From Cycas panzhihuaensis (taxonomy: Eukaryota; Plantae; Cycadophyta), in assembly GCA_023213395.1 (NCBI GenBank), contig CM041465.1, positions 80,855,741 through 80,919,740 on the forward strand: 64,000 bases of DNA, read 5' to 3'. Made by a program: the position numbers and the translations under genes. The notes below the pieces were generated by a model, which saw only the letters and a program-made list of their open reading frames with translations, was not told where the DNA came from and made no database searches. Below, piece after piece: positions 37,506 to 50,100 of the stretch. Each line of letters opens with the position of its first letter. Positions within the stretch are counted from its first letter, which is position 1.

Positions 37506-40500
37506 GAATAGAATATCAAGGTTCTAATTATTGATCTAACTAATTGATAGTAAGCTTATTCTCATGTTAGGTACAAAGAAGATATTATTGATATAATGCC
37601 ATTTGTTTGAATCTTTTAGAGTAATGGGGGCCCTTCTAATCTTGGACATATCATATATGAGATTATCTCTAAATGTAATAGATTGGGCCCTTATTAGATG
37701 TGTCTCCTCAAATAGATCTTTAGTACTAGTAATATGATGAGTGGTACTAGAATCAATCAACCAAGAATTATCATCATATTGAGATGATAAGGCTGCAAAG
37801 AATAAATTTTGGGAGGTGGCTTGAGTATCAATAATATTGCCTCCTTATTATAAATTATGATTATTCCTTAGTTTTTTTGGTTGGTTTCTTTGTATGTTTA
37901 CTTGCCCCTAGTTATGATTTTACCTTTAGTTGTTCTAGTTCTTATTCTATTGAAAGTTTTAGTCTCCTTAATTCTAAAAGAGTTGTATGCTAGCTTGTCT
38001 TATTCTACAATCAACTGTAAGATGCTTATTTTTGACATAATACACACGAGTGATATTTTGTCTATGCTAATAGTTGCTTGAAGGTTGTGGCTATTATGTC
38101 TATTGTGGCTATTGAGAGATGTTTAAAGAGCTAAACTATTGGGTAAGGGGTTGTTGATGAGGTAGCTATTGATGTGGCTACTAAGTTGGCGAATACCCCC
38201 TTGAGTTTCTATCTATAAATATAGGCACAAAGTCAGAAGTGGAGGTGACTCAATAATTGAGTATGTTCTTGTCCCTAAACAAGAGTCCTTTTAAGGTATT
38301 GAACTCTATTTTGGAAAAGGTATCATATAACCTAGATACAAAACTATTATATTTAATAAGAAGGATATTAATGAGAATAGACATTAAGTCATGGTTAGAA
38401 GGAGGTTCACTAAGGTTGATAAGTTGATTTCTAATGGTTTTAATTTTTATAAGGTGAGAAACTATGGTACTAGCAAATGGAATACCAAATAAATAGGCTT
38501 TTAAAGTGATAGACCTTGAGTCATCTTTTATCTCATAAAGGGAGCATATAATGCTCTAAGTCTCATGAGGTTTAATAGTTTCTATGTTCAGGTTTACTTG
38601 GTCTTCTAGATCCAGGTGAAAGAAAGAAAAAGCAATATTATGGTTAGCTTTGAAAGCTACTAGAGTAGTTAGATATACTGGATTTTGTTGGTTAGGATCA
38701 TTTAGGTCTTATATATGTGTAGGTGGAGCTATACCCCCATTGATATAGTCCCAATAGTCATTCATTATTAATATGTTTTTAACTTATTTTTTTTAAGCCA
38801 TGAACTTGTTTATTCTACTAAGTTTAATTGTGTTAGATACAAGCATTTGAGATGTCATTTTTAGTGTGTCTTTTAGTGTCCTATTTATCTAAGGGGGCTA
38901 CTAAACTAGAATGCTAAGTCTTAAGATCTCTACGAGACCTCAGTTGCTATTTTATGTAGTGGCACCTACTTATAACTGGTAAATTAAGGATCTTATATAC
39001 TAGTATATGAGTATTAAGCTCTATAGAACCTCAGTACATGGGATGCTAAAAAGGTCAAAAACCCCTCTACTTTATTTATCCACTTGTGTTGATCTTATGC
39101 CTAATGATAGATTTAGATAAGGCCTAAAAACTATGACACTCACCTCCTTTAGGTATAGCTTGGTCTCCAAACTCTAAAGTAAGGTTTCACATCTCAACCT
39201 ACCACTTAATAAATGTTATAACTAGTAGGCTTTTCTAATTTTGACAAAATTTGAGAAGTACCACTAACATATATAGAGTAGCAACTTTAGGGGTCTTAAT
39301 TATTTCCCTTTCAAGGCTAAAAAGAATTATTTGTAAATTTGGGAATTATCTTATTAATGTTTCAAGTATAAATTAATTTTAAGGTGTTCTTTCTTAGACG
39401 AAGGTTATTTTTAATAAATTAAATAGAAAGACTAAAAGAAATATAATAATTAAAAGAAAATAGTAGGGTTTAATGTGCTCTTTGGAGGACTTTACTACCA
39501 AGAGAAGATCAACCTCATTCACTTAAGAAAGGTACCTATAACCATAATGCATAATTAAATATCAACTAAACAAAAGTGGGATAATAAATAATATATAATT
39601 AATTAATACACAATAGATAAACCATTTGAATAATGCAAAATAAGCCTTCAATTAATGAGAAATATCTTATTATGGCCTAAAAGGATGGGTTAAATTTATC
39701 TACTCTAAATGACTTTAAAAATTACTTAGATCTAACTAAAGCTAGCTCCAATATATAGAGCTCTAAAATAGAAATCCAACAATTCAAACGATGTATAAAA
39801 CTAAACTCCAGTTGAAATGTTATGGGCAAAACAACATATAAATCTCCTTATAAAAAGAAATTAAGTTAGGTTAAGCTTAATCCTCCTTTAATAATGAGCC
39901 CCTGGTTTCAAAGGATCAGCATGTATCTGCCTACTAGGTTATGAGGTACTAGTAGACCTAAAAGGCTTATCAAATCTAAAATAAAATTTTTGATTAATAA
40001 AAAGAGATTGAAAAATAACTTAAAAGCTTTTGAAGTGCATGACATTTAAATTAAAGCCCGTAATCATAAGGGGATTTGCACGTGATCACATACTAAGGCT
40101 AGGTACCTCCTATAGATCTAAATATATTATCAAATTTGGTTGAATCAAATCTAAACTTTCTAAAAAAAAAAAATTATCAAATAAAATTTAAATGAATGAT
40201 AACTGCATAGAATGACGAACTTCAAACTAATGGAGAGAAAATAAATTGATAAAAAAACATTTAAAATTACTTGAAAAAGTTCTGCGTGAGGTCGTAGGGT
40301 ATGAATGAAGGACCATAGGATCCCACAAAGGCCATATAACAATGATCAGGGCTCTATAGGACAATAAAGGGTGTAGACGAGTTACAGACTGAAAGTGATC
40401 CAAACGCGATTAAATCGAGTGAAATACACTTTAATCTAGTCCATGACAACTCTAAAATGTGATGCACAAGTCAAATAGAGCTCAAAGAGAAGACTAGATG

Positions 40501-43456
40501 CCAGGAAATTTTCTTAGGGTAAGATTCAAGTCAACTGGGCATTGAAAATTGATGAATGGAAGCTAAATGATATATAAACGACAAAAATTGAGGTGTTGTT
40601 TTTTGTTGAAACAATGTCAGATGAAGGCCTTAAGACTAGATCTATGATAGTAGATTATACAACATCTATGATAGTAGTGCAGAGGCATGAGCAACTTTTA
40701 GAGAGTAAAATAACTTAAAAAATTAGCAAAACAGAGTAGAAACTTTCACAAACGAGGGAAAATGATGCCATTTGCATAAATAGGCTTCTATTTTCTAATA
40801 AAACCTATAGAAAAATTGAATACATACATATATACACTGCTCTGATACCATGCAAAATTTATAAACAGGATAAAAAATCATATGTACATGTATAATAAAG
40901 TAGGGATACAATAAGTGATAAATATAAAATAAATTAATTACAGAGAGAAATGAGACATGCAAACTGATTACTCTATTAAATTATATTTTGGTAGGGCTTT
41001 ATTGTATCAAATAATTTAATATACAAAGAATAGGATTCATACTTAATTTATAAGCATTTGAAACCCTTAATACATGAATATAATTGGCTGACATAATAGG
41101 CCAATGTTATTGGCCCATTATTTAGCAATTGGATAGACCTGACATAATTCTAAATTATAGTTTTATGGTGATGTAGTGAAGTGAGTGTTTTAGGAACTCT
41201 TTATTGGTGATTGTTTGGCGATGTTAAGTTCTTATTGCATGTGATTACATAAGAGAGTTTATTTAGTATGAGTTATCAACGTTAGTGGATTTTTATTGAT
41301 TGATAAGAGGGCATGATTAATAGGAAAGCTATCAATATTAGTGTATGTTCATTGATTGATAGAAGGGGTGTGATGTATAGAGATACCAAGCTATAGGCAA
41401 GCAAACATATTATATGGTTTTGATCACTGCATATTCATTATGAAGGCGTGTTTTACTTTATTATAAAGTGGTGTTTTATTTAGTATATATTAATGATTTT
41501 TACATCAGATATGAGAGGTGAAAGTGGTTTAAAATTATTGTTAATTAGCCTATTTGTACAAGTGGTTATCAGTTCTTTGTAGACCATTATACTTTGTGTT
41601 GTTGAACAGATAATAGCATGAGGTGTATAGCTTGTTGGATGCCAGTTCAACATTAATACATATCTGAGTGAGTTCAATGTAGATTTAATAGTATATTTAT
41701 GATGAAACTAAAATGTGAATGAAAAAGTGTATAATGAGAATGCCTTAAATCCAGTTCTTCCTTGATCATGGCATAAAATAAGAGTAGTTTCTCTCGTGTA
41801 CCCCTTGTAAGATTGTGTTGTAAATGAAGAAGGGTACCACAATGTAGATATGGATGTGTATGGTATATGGTAAGGTTTTATCTCCTATGTTTTTAGGTAG
41901 AAGCTATTATGACAACTATTTAATAAGGTATCAAGTATGGCTATTTGTGTCATCAACCCCTCTAAATTATATTGCACTAGTCATAAACCTTCCATTGGTT
42001 ATTTGGCTGCATTTATTACATACATCTCATATGAAGATCATAGTATTAGGATCACAAGAGTTTAAAGCATATTAATATGGGATTTAAAATAAAGCTTACA
42101 AACTGTGCAACCTATAAGGGGAAAGCATTATGATTAGTCTAGATGTTAATTAGATGAGTTATTAATGTATCATGCTAAAATGTCATCTAGAGATAGTTTT
42201 ATCCTTTATTTCTTCCCTTTCTGATCCATGGTTTAATAGGTGTAGAGGTTTATGTACCTCACATTGTGTTTGAGACAAAAGTAAGACCTAATGAAAAGGT
42301 TGTACTAAGGAGTTATTGTAAGAAGAAGCATGGACTATAACTCATGTTCTATTATGGGCTAAGAGAACCATTGAGGACTCTAATGTGACGATTAAAGACC
42401 TACATGGTGATTGAAGAACATGGATCAAGATTTTAGTCAAACTTATGATAGACACCAATGATTACAACAAAAGAAGATTCATAATGAAGAGTTGTAATGG
42501 AGGAGGAATGATATGTGGGATTTTGTTCTCTTACCTCTTTTAAAGAACCTCATTAGTTTGGAAGTTGGAAAAGCTTATTGTGTAAGATTTTAAATAGAAA
42601 GAAGGAATACGTCATGATGGGATATTTGAACTAGTCTTTATGATTTTATTAGTCTAATTGATCCTTACTTTGGTAGCTACATATAGTTGGGAGTCACATA
42701 AAATAAATGTAAAGTGAACATTCCTTAACAAAGTCTTGAAGATAAGATTTACATGGTTTAAGCAGTTTAACCTTTTAGTTTAATCAAGGAAAATTTTTGA
42801 GTCTATGGACTGAGTATTAGTACGAGTACAGTTATATAGTTGCAGGGACTGTTGGAGATAATTCTAAAGAATGACACATATATGAGGCATAACACCATTA
42901 CATCTGAGAGTAGATTAGATTAAGGAAGATGTAGGTTGAGTTTTGTCTAAGTGAAGATCAACTTAAGGATGTGTTTACCAACTCTTACTGAAGATTTCTT
43001 TATTAAGGTTTATATAAATTTAGGATTTAGTGAGGTTATCCTTGAGGGGAGATCTATCGATAAGGATAAAGAGATAGACTAATCCCTGGGAAGACTTCAA
43101 GACCCCACATTTATATTAAGGGGAGATGTTAAAGTGGCATTATATCCACTTATCGACTAATGTAAATGTGGAGATATTATGTGAATATTCTTGATATAAT
43201 ATATGATGTATATTGGGCCAATGGATGTGACTCAAATATAATTATTTGAGGCACTTATGATCTATAAATAAGATCAAAGTTCGTTATAACATTACGACAT
43301 ATTTGTAAAAATATGATATTATATTTCTGTGGTGGGTTTTTCCCAAAAAGGGTTTTCCATGTCAAATCTATTATCCCATGTGTTTGATTTATTTTAGTCT
43401 ATTGTGCACATAAATAATCTCAACATCCTATATGTATTATTTGGTGTTTTCTAATA

Positions 43457-46330
43457 ATTTGTATAATTAATGAAGAAAGGATTACTTAAAAAAATTAAGG
43501 AAAGAAAAAATTAGTAGAACCATTTCATCAAATGGGCTATAAAAGATATAAAACAAAAGACACTAATAGACTAAGATGATATTTGTAAATACTATAATAA
43601 GTCTCAAAGTGAAAAAAAAATTAGAAGCTAAAAATGTTCAATTATTTATTATCAAAGAGAATTGTTGTAGTTTTGTTCTTAAGATTTACAATAATTTTGG
43701 GATATCAACTCACCATAGATGGAGATTATAACTAGATACAACTAGAGTATAAAATTTAAATTTATCCCATTATCATCAATTGATCAAAAAAGATATAATA
43801 ATAGGTTGTAGAGTAGTTAAAGCTTGATTTGATACAACCCAATAATAGTGCATATAATTATGCTATATTTTTTTTACAAACCCATCCCAAAGTTAAAAGA
43901 GGTAAAGCTCAAATGGTAATCAATTGCAAACCTCTTAATGCTATCACTATTCCTTTTCACTGTCCACTACCAAGAAAATATATAATCATGCAACCATTAA
44001 AAATACAAAGATCTTTTCTAAATTCAATTATAAAAGTGGTTACTATTAAGTCTAGATAGTAGAGGTTGATTGGTATAAAATAGCCTTCTTAGTTTTACAG
44101 GGATTATATAAATGGAACATGGTCCCTTTAGGACTAAGGAATACCCCTACATTTCTTCAGAAAAGAATGGATTCTATTTTTTATAAATATAATTCTTTTA
44201 TTCTCACAAACAATGATGATATTTTAGTCTTTAATAATTCTTTTTTAGAACATATGGAATAATTGAAAATATTAGCAAATCTTATGGAAAAACATGACAT
44301 TTATCTATTAGTTAAAAAAATGATGCTAGCAGAAGAAGAAATCAAAATGTTGGGAATAATCTATAAAGATGGTAAGCTATAACTTCAATCCCATAATTGT
44401 GAAAAGTTGAATTAATTTCCATATGCCTTAGATTCAAAAATGTAAATTCAAAAATTTCTAGTATGTCTTAACTACATACAAAGATATATACCTAACCTTT
44501 TGCAAAGACAATACTAATCTAAAGACATACAAATAAAGAATATTTATCTATAGAAGCAATGGAAGTAGTAAAAAATTTAGAAATTGAATCCTAATATCTG
44601 CCTGATCTACAATTGTTAGGTGAGATATAGGTAATTATCTAGATAAATTCTTTTGATGAATATTAGTTTACATTGTTAATAAAAAGTGGTGAATAACTTT
44701 ATAGACACACTTTAGGTATATTCTCACCTATTGAGAAAAAATATCATATATATGAGAAAGAGGTATTAGTAGTCAAAAGAGGCATAGAAAAGTTTAAATT
44801 ATTGTTAGCCTCTTAACAATTTATTGTGAGGACTAATAATAAAAACTTCAAAGCATTTATAGAATAGAAAATATATAGACAAATGGCTAAAGAAAGACTA
44901 TTGAACTTGAAATTCTGGTTTTTAAGCTTTAGGTTTAGCATAGAATGGATTAAATCAAAAGATAATCCATTAATTTATTCTTTAAATAGAGAACTAATAG
45001 CTAGGATGATATTTGCCTCTCATAATTCTATATGATATTCATTATTTATGGACTTGCAAATATGGAATTGAAAGAGATTTATAAATCAAAGACAACTAGT
45101 TCTTAACATAATGGGGAACTACTTTAAAGAAATTAATCATCTAATAAATTTATTTATAAATAGAGATAAAATGATCTCATTCCATATAAATCATTGTGAT
45201 TAGTATGAAGGATATAAGACCATTATAAATATAATTTTAGATTATGATAGTTGTAGTATAGTAGTATTTGATATTACTTATATTTTGTATAATACTTTAG
45301 ATTATTATGAATATTAATTTGGTTTGTCTATAAGCCTAGATCTAGACATTAAATATATGTTTGGTTTAGAATTAGAAGTTAGAAATCTAGGAGAATAAAA
45401 GTAAGACCTTTACTTAATACAATCTATAATTATTCATAAATATGGAGAACTTGAAAAGGAAGAACATGAAAAACTTTCTTTAGAATAAAAGAAGAATGGA
45501 GAATAAGCTCATAAAAGACAAGAACAGACATAGACATGGAAAAAATAACTCAATTGATCTAAGGAGTAAGTTTGAGGTTGCATAGTAGTTATCCACATCC
45601 TTGATATATATATTTGGGATAACCACAACTATTACCAAAAATAAAAGAGATTTATAATGATCATTTATTTATTTTTATTGATTCCTAGAAGGATCCAATA
45701 TTAGAATCTGATTTAGACAAGGATAACTAACCAACGCCAAAGGCTAACTCTTTAGGAAGCAGTAGTCTTATGGGTCCCTCAACAACATGTGGGTCACTTC
45801 TTTCTTTCCATAATCGAAAATTATTATAACAAAAAATGATGAATGACATTCCACTAATTTAAACTGTGATAAGGCCTTTACATCTTTACGTAAAGTTACT
45901 ATATATAACTTTTATTATAGATAGTAGAGTCATTGCATATAACTTTATGTAAGTGTAATTACTACAAACATACATAGTGGCATCTACGGGTAGACACCTC
46001 TAGAAAGACCCTCATATAGCCTCATAATAAGGATAAATAAACCTATATGATCCCATATTATATCATTGAAGGTTGAGAAAAGTTCTTAAGCCTTATAAGT
46101 TTCTAAATTATAAATAATGAAGAAGAATTTCCTTTAAGCTTTAATATTAATCTTAAAGTTTTGTTTTCTAATTTTGATTATATGTTATTAAATATATGTT
46201 TTGCTATCATCTCCTTGAGGAGGGTTGAGGAGCCGAAGGTTGATTGAAGAGCTAAGATGGATAAAAAAGGCCTTGTCAACAATCATAGAGTCTAATCACA
46301 CCTAAAGTAGGCTGAAGTTGTCAGATAAGT
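43457..46330 (+). mobile_element. Endogenous caulimovirid, right part: RT, RNase H, a downstream unknown coding region and intergenic/promoter region
   Basis: RT motifs THPKVKRGKAQMVINCKPLNA, GLYKWNMVPLGLRNTPTFLQKRMD, NNDDILVF (44209), LQSHNCEKL..FP and IQKFLVCLNY. RNase H motifs YHIYEKEVLVVKRGIEKF, FIVRTNN and IEWIKSKDN. These are Caulimoviridae-type. No integrase or LTR. Confidence 0.88.
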
Positions 46331-46342
46331 AACTTACTTTAT

Positions 46343-46406
46343 GTATCTATCTATCTATATCTATATCTATCTATCTATCTATCTATCTAGATAGATAGAT
46401 AGATAT
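46343..46406. repeat. (TATC)n/(GATA)n microsatellite forming a perfect 34-bp palindrome (46372-46405)
   Basis: Read directly from the sequence; centre CT|AG at 46388/46389. Confidence 0.92.
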
Positions 46407-47154
46407 ACATGCGATCTAAATGTGTAATTATCAAATAAGCTCAAATTCCACTCATAATACTCTCTTAATATACCTTTTTAATTTTCACCTTATTTTTGTT
46501 ATATTTTTATCTTTTTCTAGAATTTCATCACTTCCCAGTCTTCCCTCATTATTTTTTCACTATTTTGACCAATATTGGCAAAAATCATAACCTTTATTTC
46601 AATCATAATTTCATGTTTGCAAAGTAGTAACTTTACTTTGAAACCACAATATTTGTTACCTAATCATGGTTTGTGTACAAGATCACAATATTTTTGTTTC
46701 CAAAACTATGCCTCTATTACAAAAGTATAATATTTACTGCCTTACTATAGTTTATGCATAACACCACTAGTTTCATGTAGCTCAACTTGTAGTTTATGTT
46801 GGAACTCATAGTTTTTTAAAAGTCACAATTGTAGTTTACATAGGAAGTCATAATTTTAGAAAAATTATGATTATAATTTACATTGAAGGCTACTATTTTT
46901 ACTAGTAAAACTGATAAAATAATATATTTATATGCTTCCCAATGTTGCTTTGATAAAACGGTCACTGTTAAAACCATGGAGATCCATGGTTTTACTAAAT
47001 AATATGCCCAAATATTTTCATAGATAAGATGCATAAAATTAGGAAAATAAGGTTAGATTTTAGAGACTATTAAAATGTTGTCAAATTGTTTACTCAAGCC
47101 ATGGTGAATTAAGTGTGCATGGGAGAATTTAGAGAGAATACTTTTAGAGTTAGT

Positions 47155-50100
47155 TGTAAAATAGATTCTCTCATGTGTCTTTATTGATCATTTGTAAATG
47201 TATAAATATAATTCAAAGTGTACCAGATAAATGGAAACCACTTAATGAGATTATGCTACTTGTCATTCTAGAGGAGAAAGGGGGAAATGATACATGACCC
47301 TTACAAGAAACTTTAAGCAACCTAGATAAAACATTACTCTAGACAAAACATTACCTTTTACAGCCCCTCTTAATGTTTTATCTGTTTTAATCCTAAATGA
47401 TTTCTAAAAGCAACAAATTTTTCCCTTCCAAGGGTTTGGTGAAGACATCAGTATTTTGATTTCCTGACATGCAATATAGGAGCTCAACTTCTTTGTTCTG
47501 TACTTTTTCCCTAATGAAATGGTGATGTACTTATATATGCTTATTTCTTGTATGTAACACTAGATTCTTGGTCATTTTGATGGTACTTTGGTTATCACAG
47601 AATAACTGAGTAGGTACTGTTTATTCTTGTCCAAGGTCCTTAAGAAGTTGTTTGATCCAAATTCCTTCACAGGATGCATTAATTGTTGATTTATACTCAA
47701 CCTCTATTGAAGACAAAGCAACTATGTATTACTTTTTGCTGTTATAGGAAATTAAGGATGTTCCTAAAAAGAAGTAATATCCTGATGCTGATTTTTTGTC
47801 TATTATATCTCCAACCCAGTCAGAATAATAAAAACCTATTAGCTACATGTTGTTATCTTTTCTATATTCTAATACAAGATTTATGGTTCTTTTTAGATAC
47901 TGCAAGATTCCTTTTGTAGCATTCTAGTGAGGTATTTTAGGATTTTCCATAAATCTGGAAACTATACCAACTGCATAAGAAATGTTTGGTCATGTAGTTG
48001 TGAGATAAATTAGACTTCCAATCAGTTGCTTGTATAGCATTGCATCAACTAATTGTGCCTGTTGTTTAATGTTTAACACACATCCAGTTTCTATTGGAGT
48101 GGTGACACTATTGCAACTTTCAATATTAAACTTATTCAACTAGTTTTTAACATATTTTGACTAAGATAAAACAACAGAATCATTATTTTATTTAATTTTA
48201 ATCCCAAGATAATAGTGCAACATTCCAAGATCTGTCATTTTAAATACTTTTTCAAATCTCTTCTTGATGAATGCGATGGGGTCTTCGTCATCCCCTATGA
48301 TTAGCATGTCATCCACATATACTACTATGATGGATTTTAATCCTTGATTAAATTTCACATATAAGCTATGATATGAATCACACTTATGGAAGCCATTTTG
48401 AGTTAGATATGCATTCAACTTAGCATACCAAGCTCTTGGTGCTTGTTTGAGCCCATATAAAGCATTTTCTAGTTTGTAGACCATATTTTCTTGTCCTAAC
48501 TTTATGTATCCTTTAAGATGATACATATACACTTCTTCTTGTAGATCTCCATTTAGGAAGGCACTCTTAACATCCATCTGGTAAATCTTCCATCGTTTCT
48601 AAGCTATAATTACAATTACCGTTCTCACAGTATTCAACTTGGCTATTAGAGAGAATGTTTCTTCATAATCTAATCTAGCTATTTATGTGTAGCCTTTTGC
48701 TATTAGTCTTGCCTTGTATTTCTTAATTTTGCCATTTAGTTTTTCTTTTACACTATATACCCATTTGCAGTTTACAATGGATTTATCCTTAGGCGGTATT
48801 ACCAGATCCCATGTTTCATTTTTATAAATGGCCTTCACCTCTCCATCCATTGCTACTCTCCAAGCTAGAAAGTTTCTTGCCTCTTTGTAAGTATTTAGTT
48901 TAATAGTATAGACCAGAGCTTATGGTTTCTGAGACCTTGTTTGATGCTCAAATACTTCCCCCCTTGTTTCTTCAAGGGTTTTGAGATACCACTTTGGTGA
49001 TATTTTGGAGATTTGTTCATGTGATTATCTTATTTCTTCACCTTCTGAATGTAAGTCTAAACCACTAGCTTATTGAGTATCAAATGGATGAGTACTAGAG
49101 TCACTTGTTTGTTGTGTATCAAATGAATCCTCATCTAAATTATTACTTTATATTACAACACTATTATATGTAATGTCTAATTTATCTTATGGCTGACTTC
49201 TCTCTGGCATTTGATCACTAATGTTTATTTCTTAGTGATCAGCTTCTATGAGTCTTTTCCTTTTATCAAATATCACATCTTTGCTTACATAAAGTTTATT
49301 TGTCTTTAGATCAAGACAATGATATGCCTTTGAGCAATTACTATACCCAACCATTATACATTCTATGCTTTTGTTATCTAACTTGGTTCTTTTCTTGTTG
49401 GGAATGTGTACATATGCTTTGCAACCAAAAATCTTAAGATGACTTACATTCAGTTTGTGACCTATCCATGCCTCTTCTGATGTTACCTCCTCTAGTGATT
49501 GAGTTAGACTCTTATTGATCAAGTATACATCTATGTTTACAGCTTTTGCCCAATATTTCTTTGTGGATTCACTATCATTTAACATACATCGAACCATTTC
49601 TACAACTGTTCTATTCATTCTTTCTATTACCCTATTTGATTAAAGTGTATACAGAGTTGTGACTTGTCTGTGGATTCCATGTATTTTACATAAATGAGTG
49701 AATTCATTGGATATGAACTCACCTCTTCCATATGAGCGAATGCATTTTATCTTCTTGTTACTTTCTAGTTCAGCTTCAGCTTTAAATTCTTTAAAATAAT
49801 AGAAAGTCTCATATTTACTGGACAAAAAATGCACCCATGCTTTTCTATAGAAATCATCAATGAAAGTTAAAAAATATGTTTCTCCATTTATTGAAACTGG
49901 TATGAACGGACCACATAGATTAATATGAATTAGATCCAGCTTATCCTATGCATGCCATGTGCTTTTTGAAAATGGAATCCTGTGTTGTTTCCCCATCATA
50001 CAACTTTTACATATAAACGAGTTAAATGAAATATTAGGCAATCTAATCACCATCTTTGTTCATTTTTGTTTTTCTAATCTATCATATGAAATATGACCAT

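Larger units (their letters stand above)
33947..41158 (-). mobile_element. Element G: decayed Ty1/copia retrotransposon nested in D2, with the outer end of its 5' LTR deleted
   Basis: LTRs at 33947-34343 and 40851-41158 (truncated). PBS gctctgatacca at 40839-40850. Gag ~38200-38860, protease WLIDSSTTHHIT ~37730-37765, integrase 36260-36930, RT 35000-35810, RNase H 34400-34810. Confidence 0.88.
32268..43456 (+). mobile_element. Element D2: heavily decayed and deleted copia element inserted in the caulimovirid; hosts G
   Basis: LTRs at 32268-32596 and 43127-43456. PBS tggaatcaaagt at 32597-32608. PPT aaggggaga at 43118-43126. Perfect TSD ATTTG. RNase H tail HHYI.E.I....VEFCLSEDQLKDVFTNS at ~42885-42985. 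Confidence 0.88.

Noticed and set aside
46560-46900. Faint ~21-bp periodicity
   Set aside because: Too degenerate to define a unit by eye, and there is no repeat-spacer structure, so it is not a CRISPR-like array.
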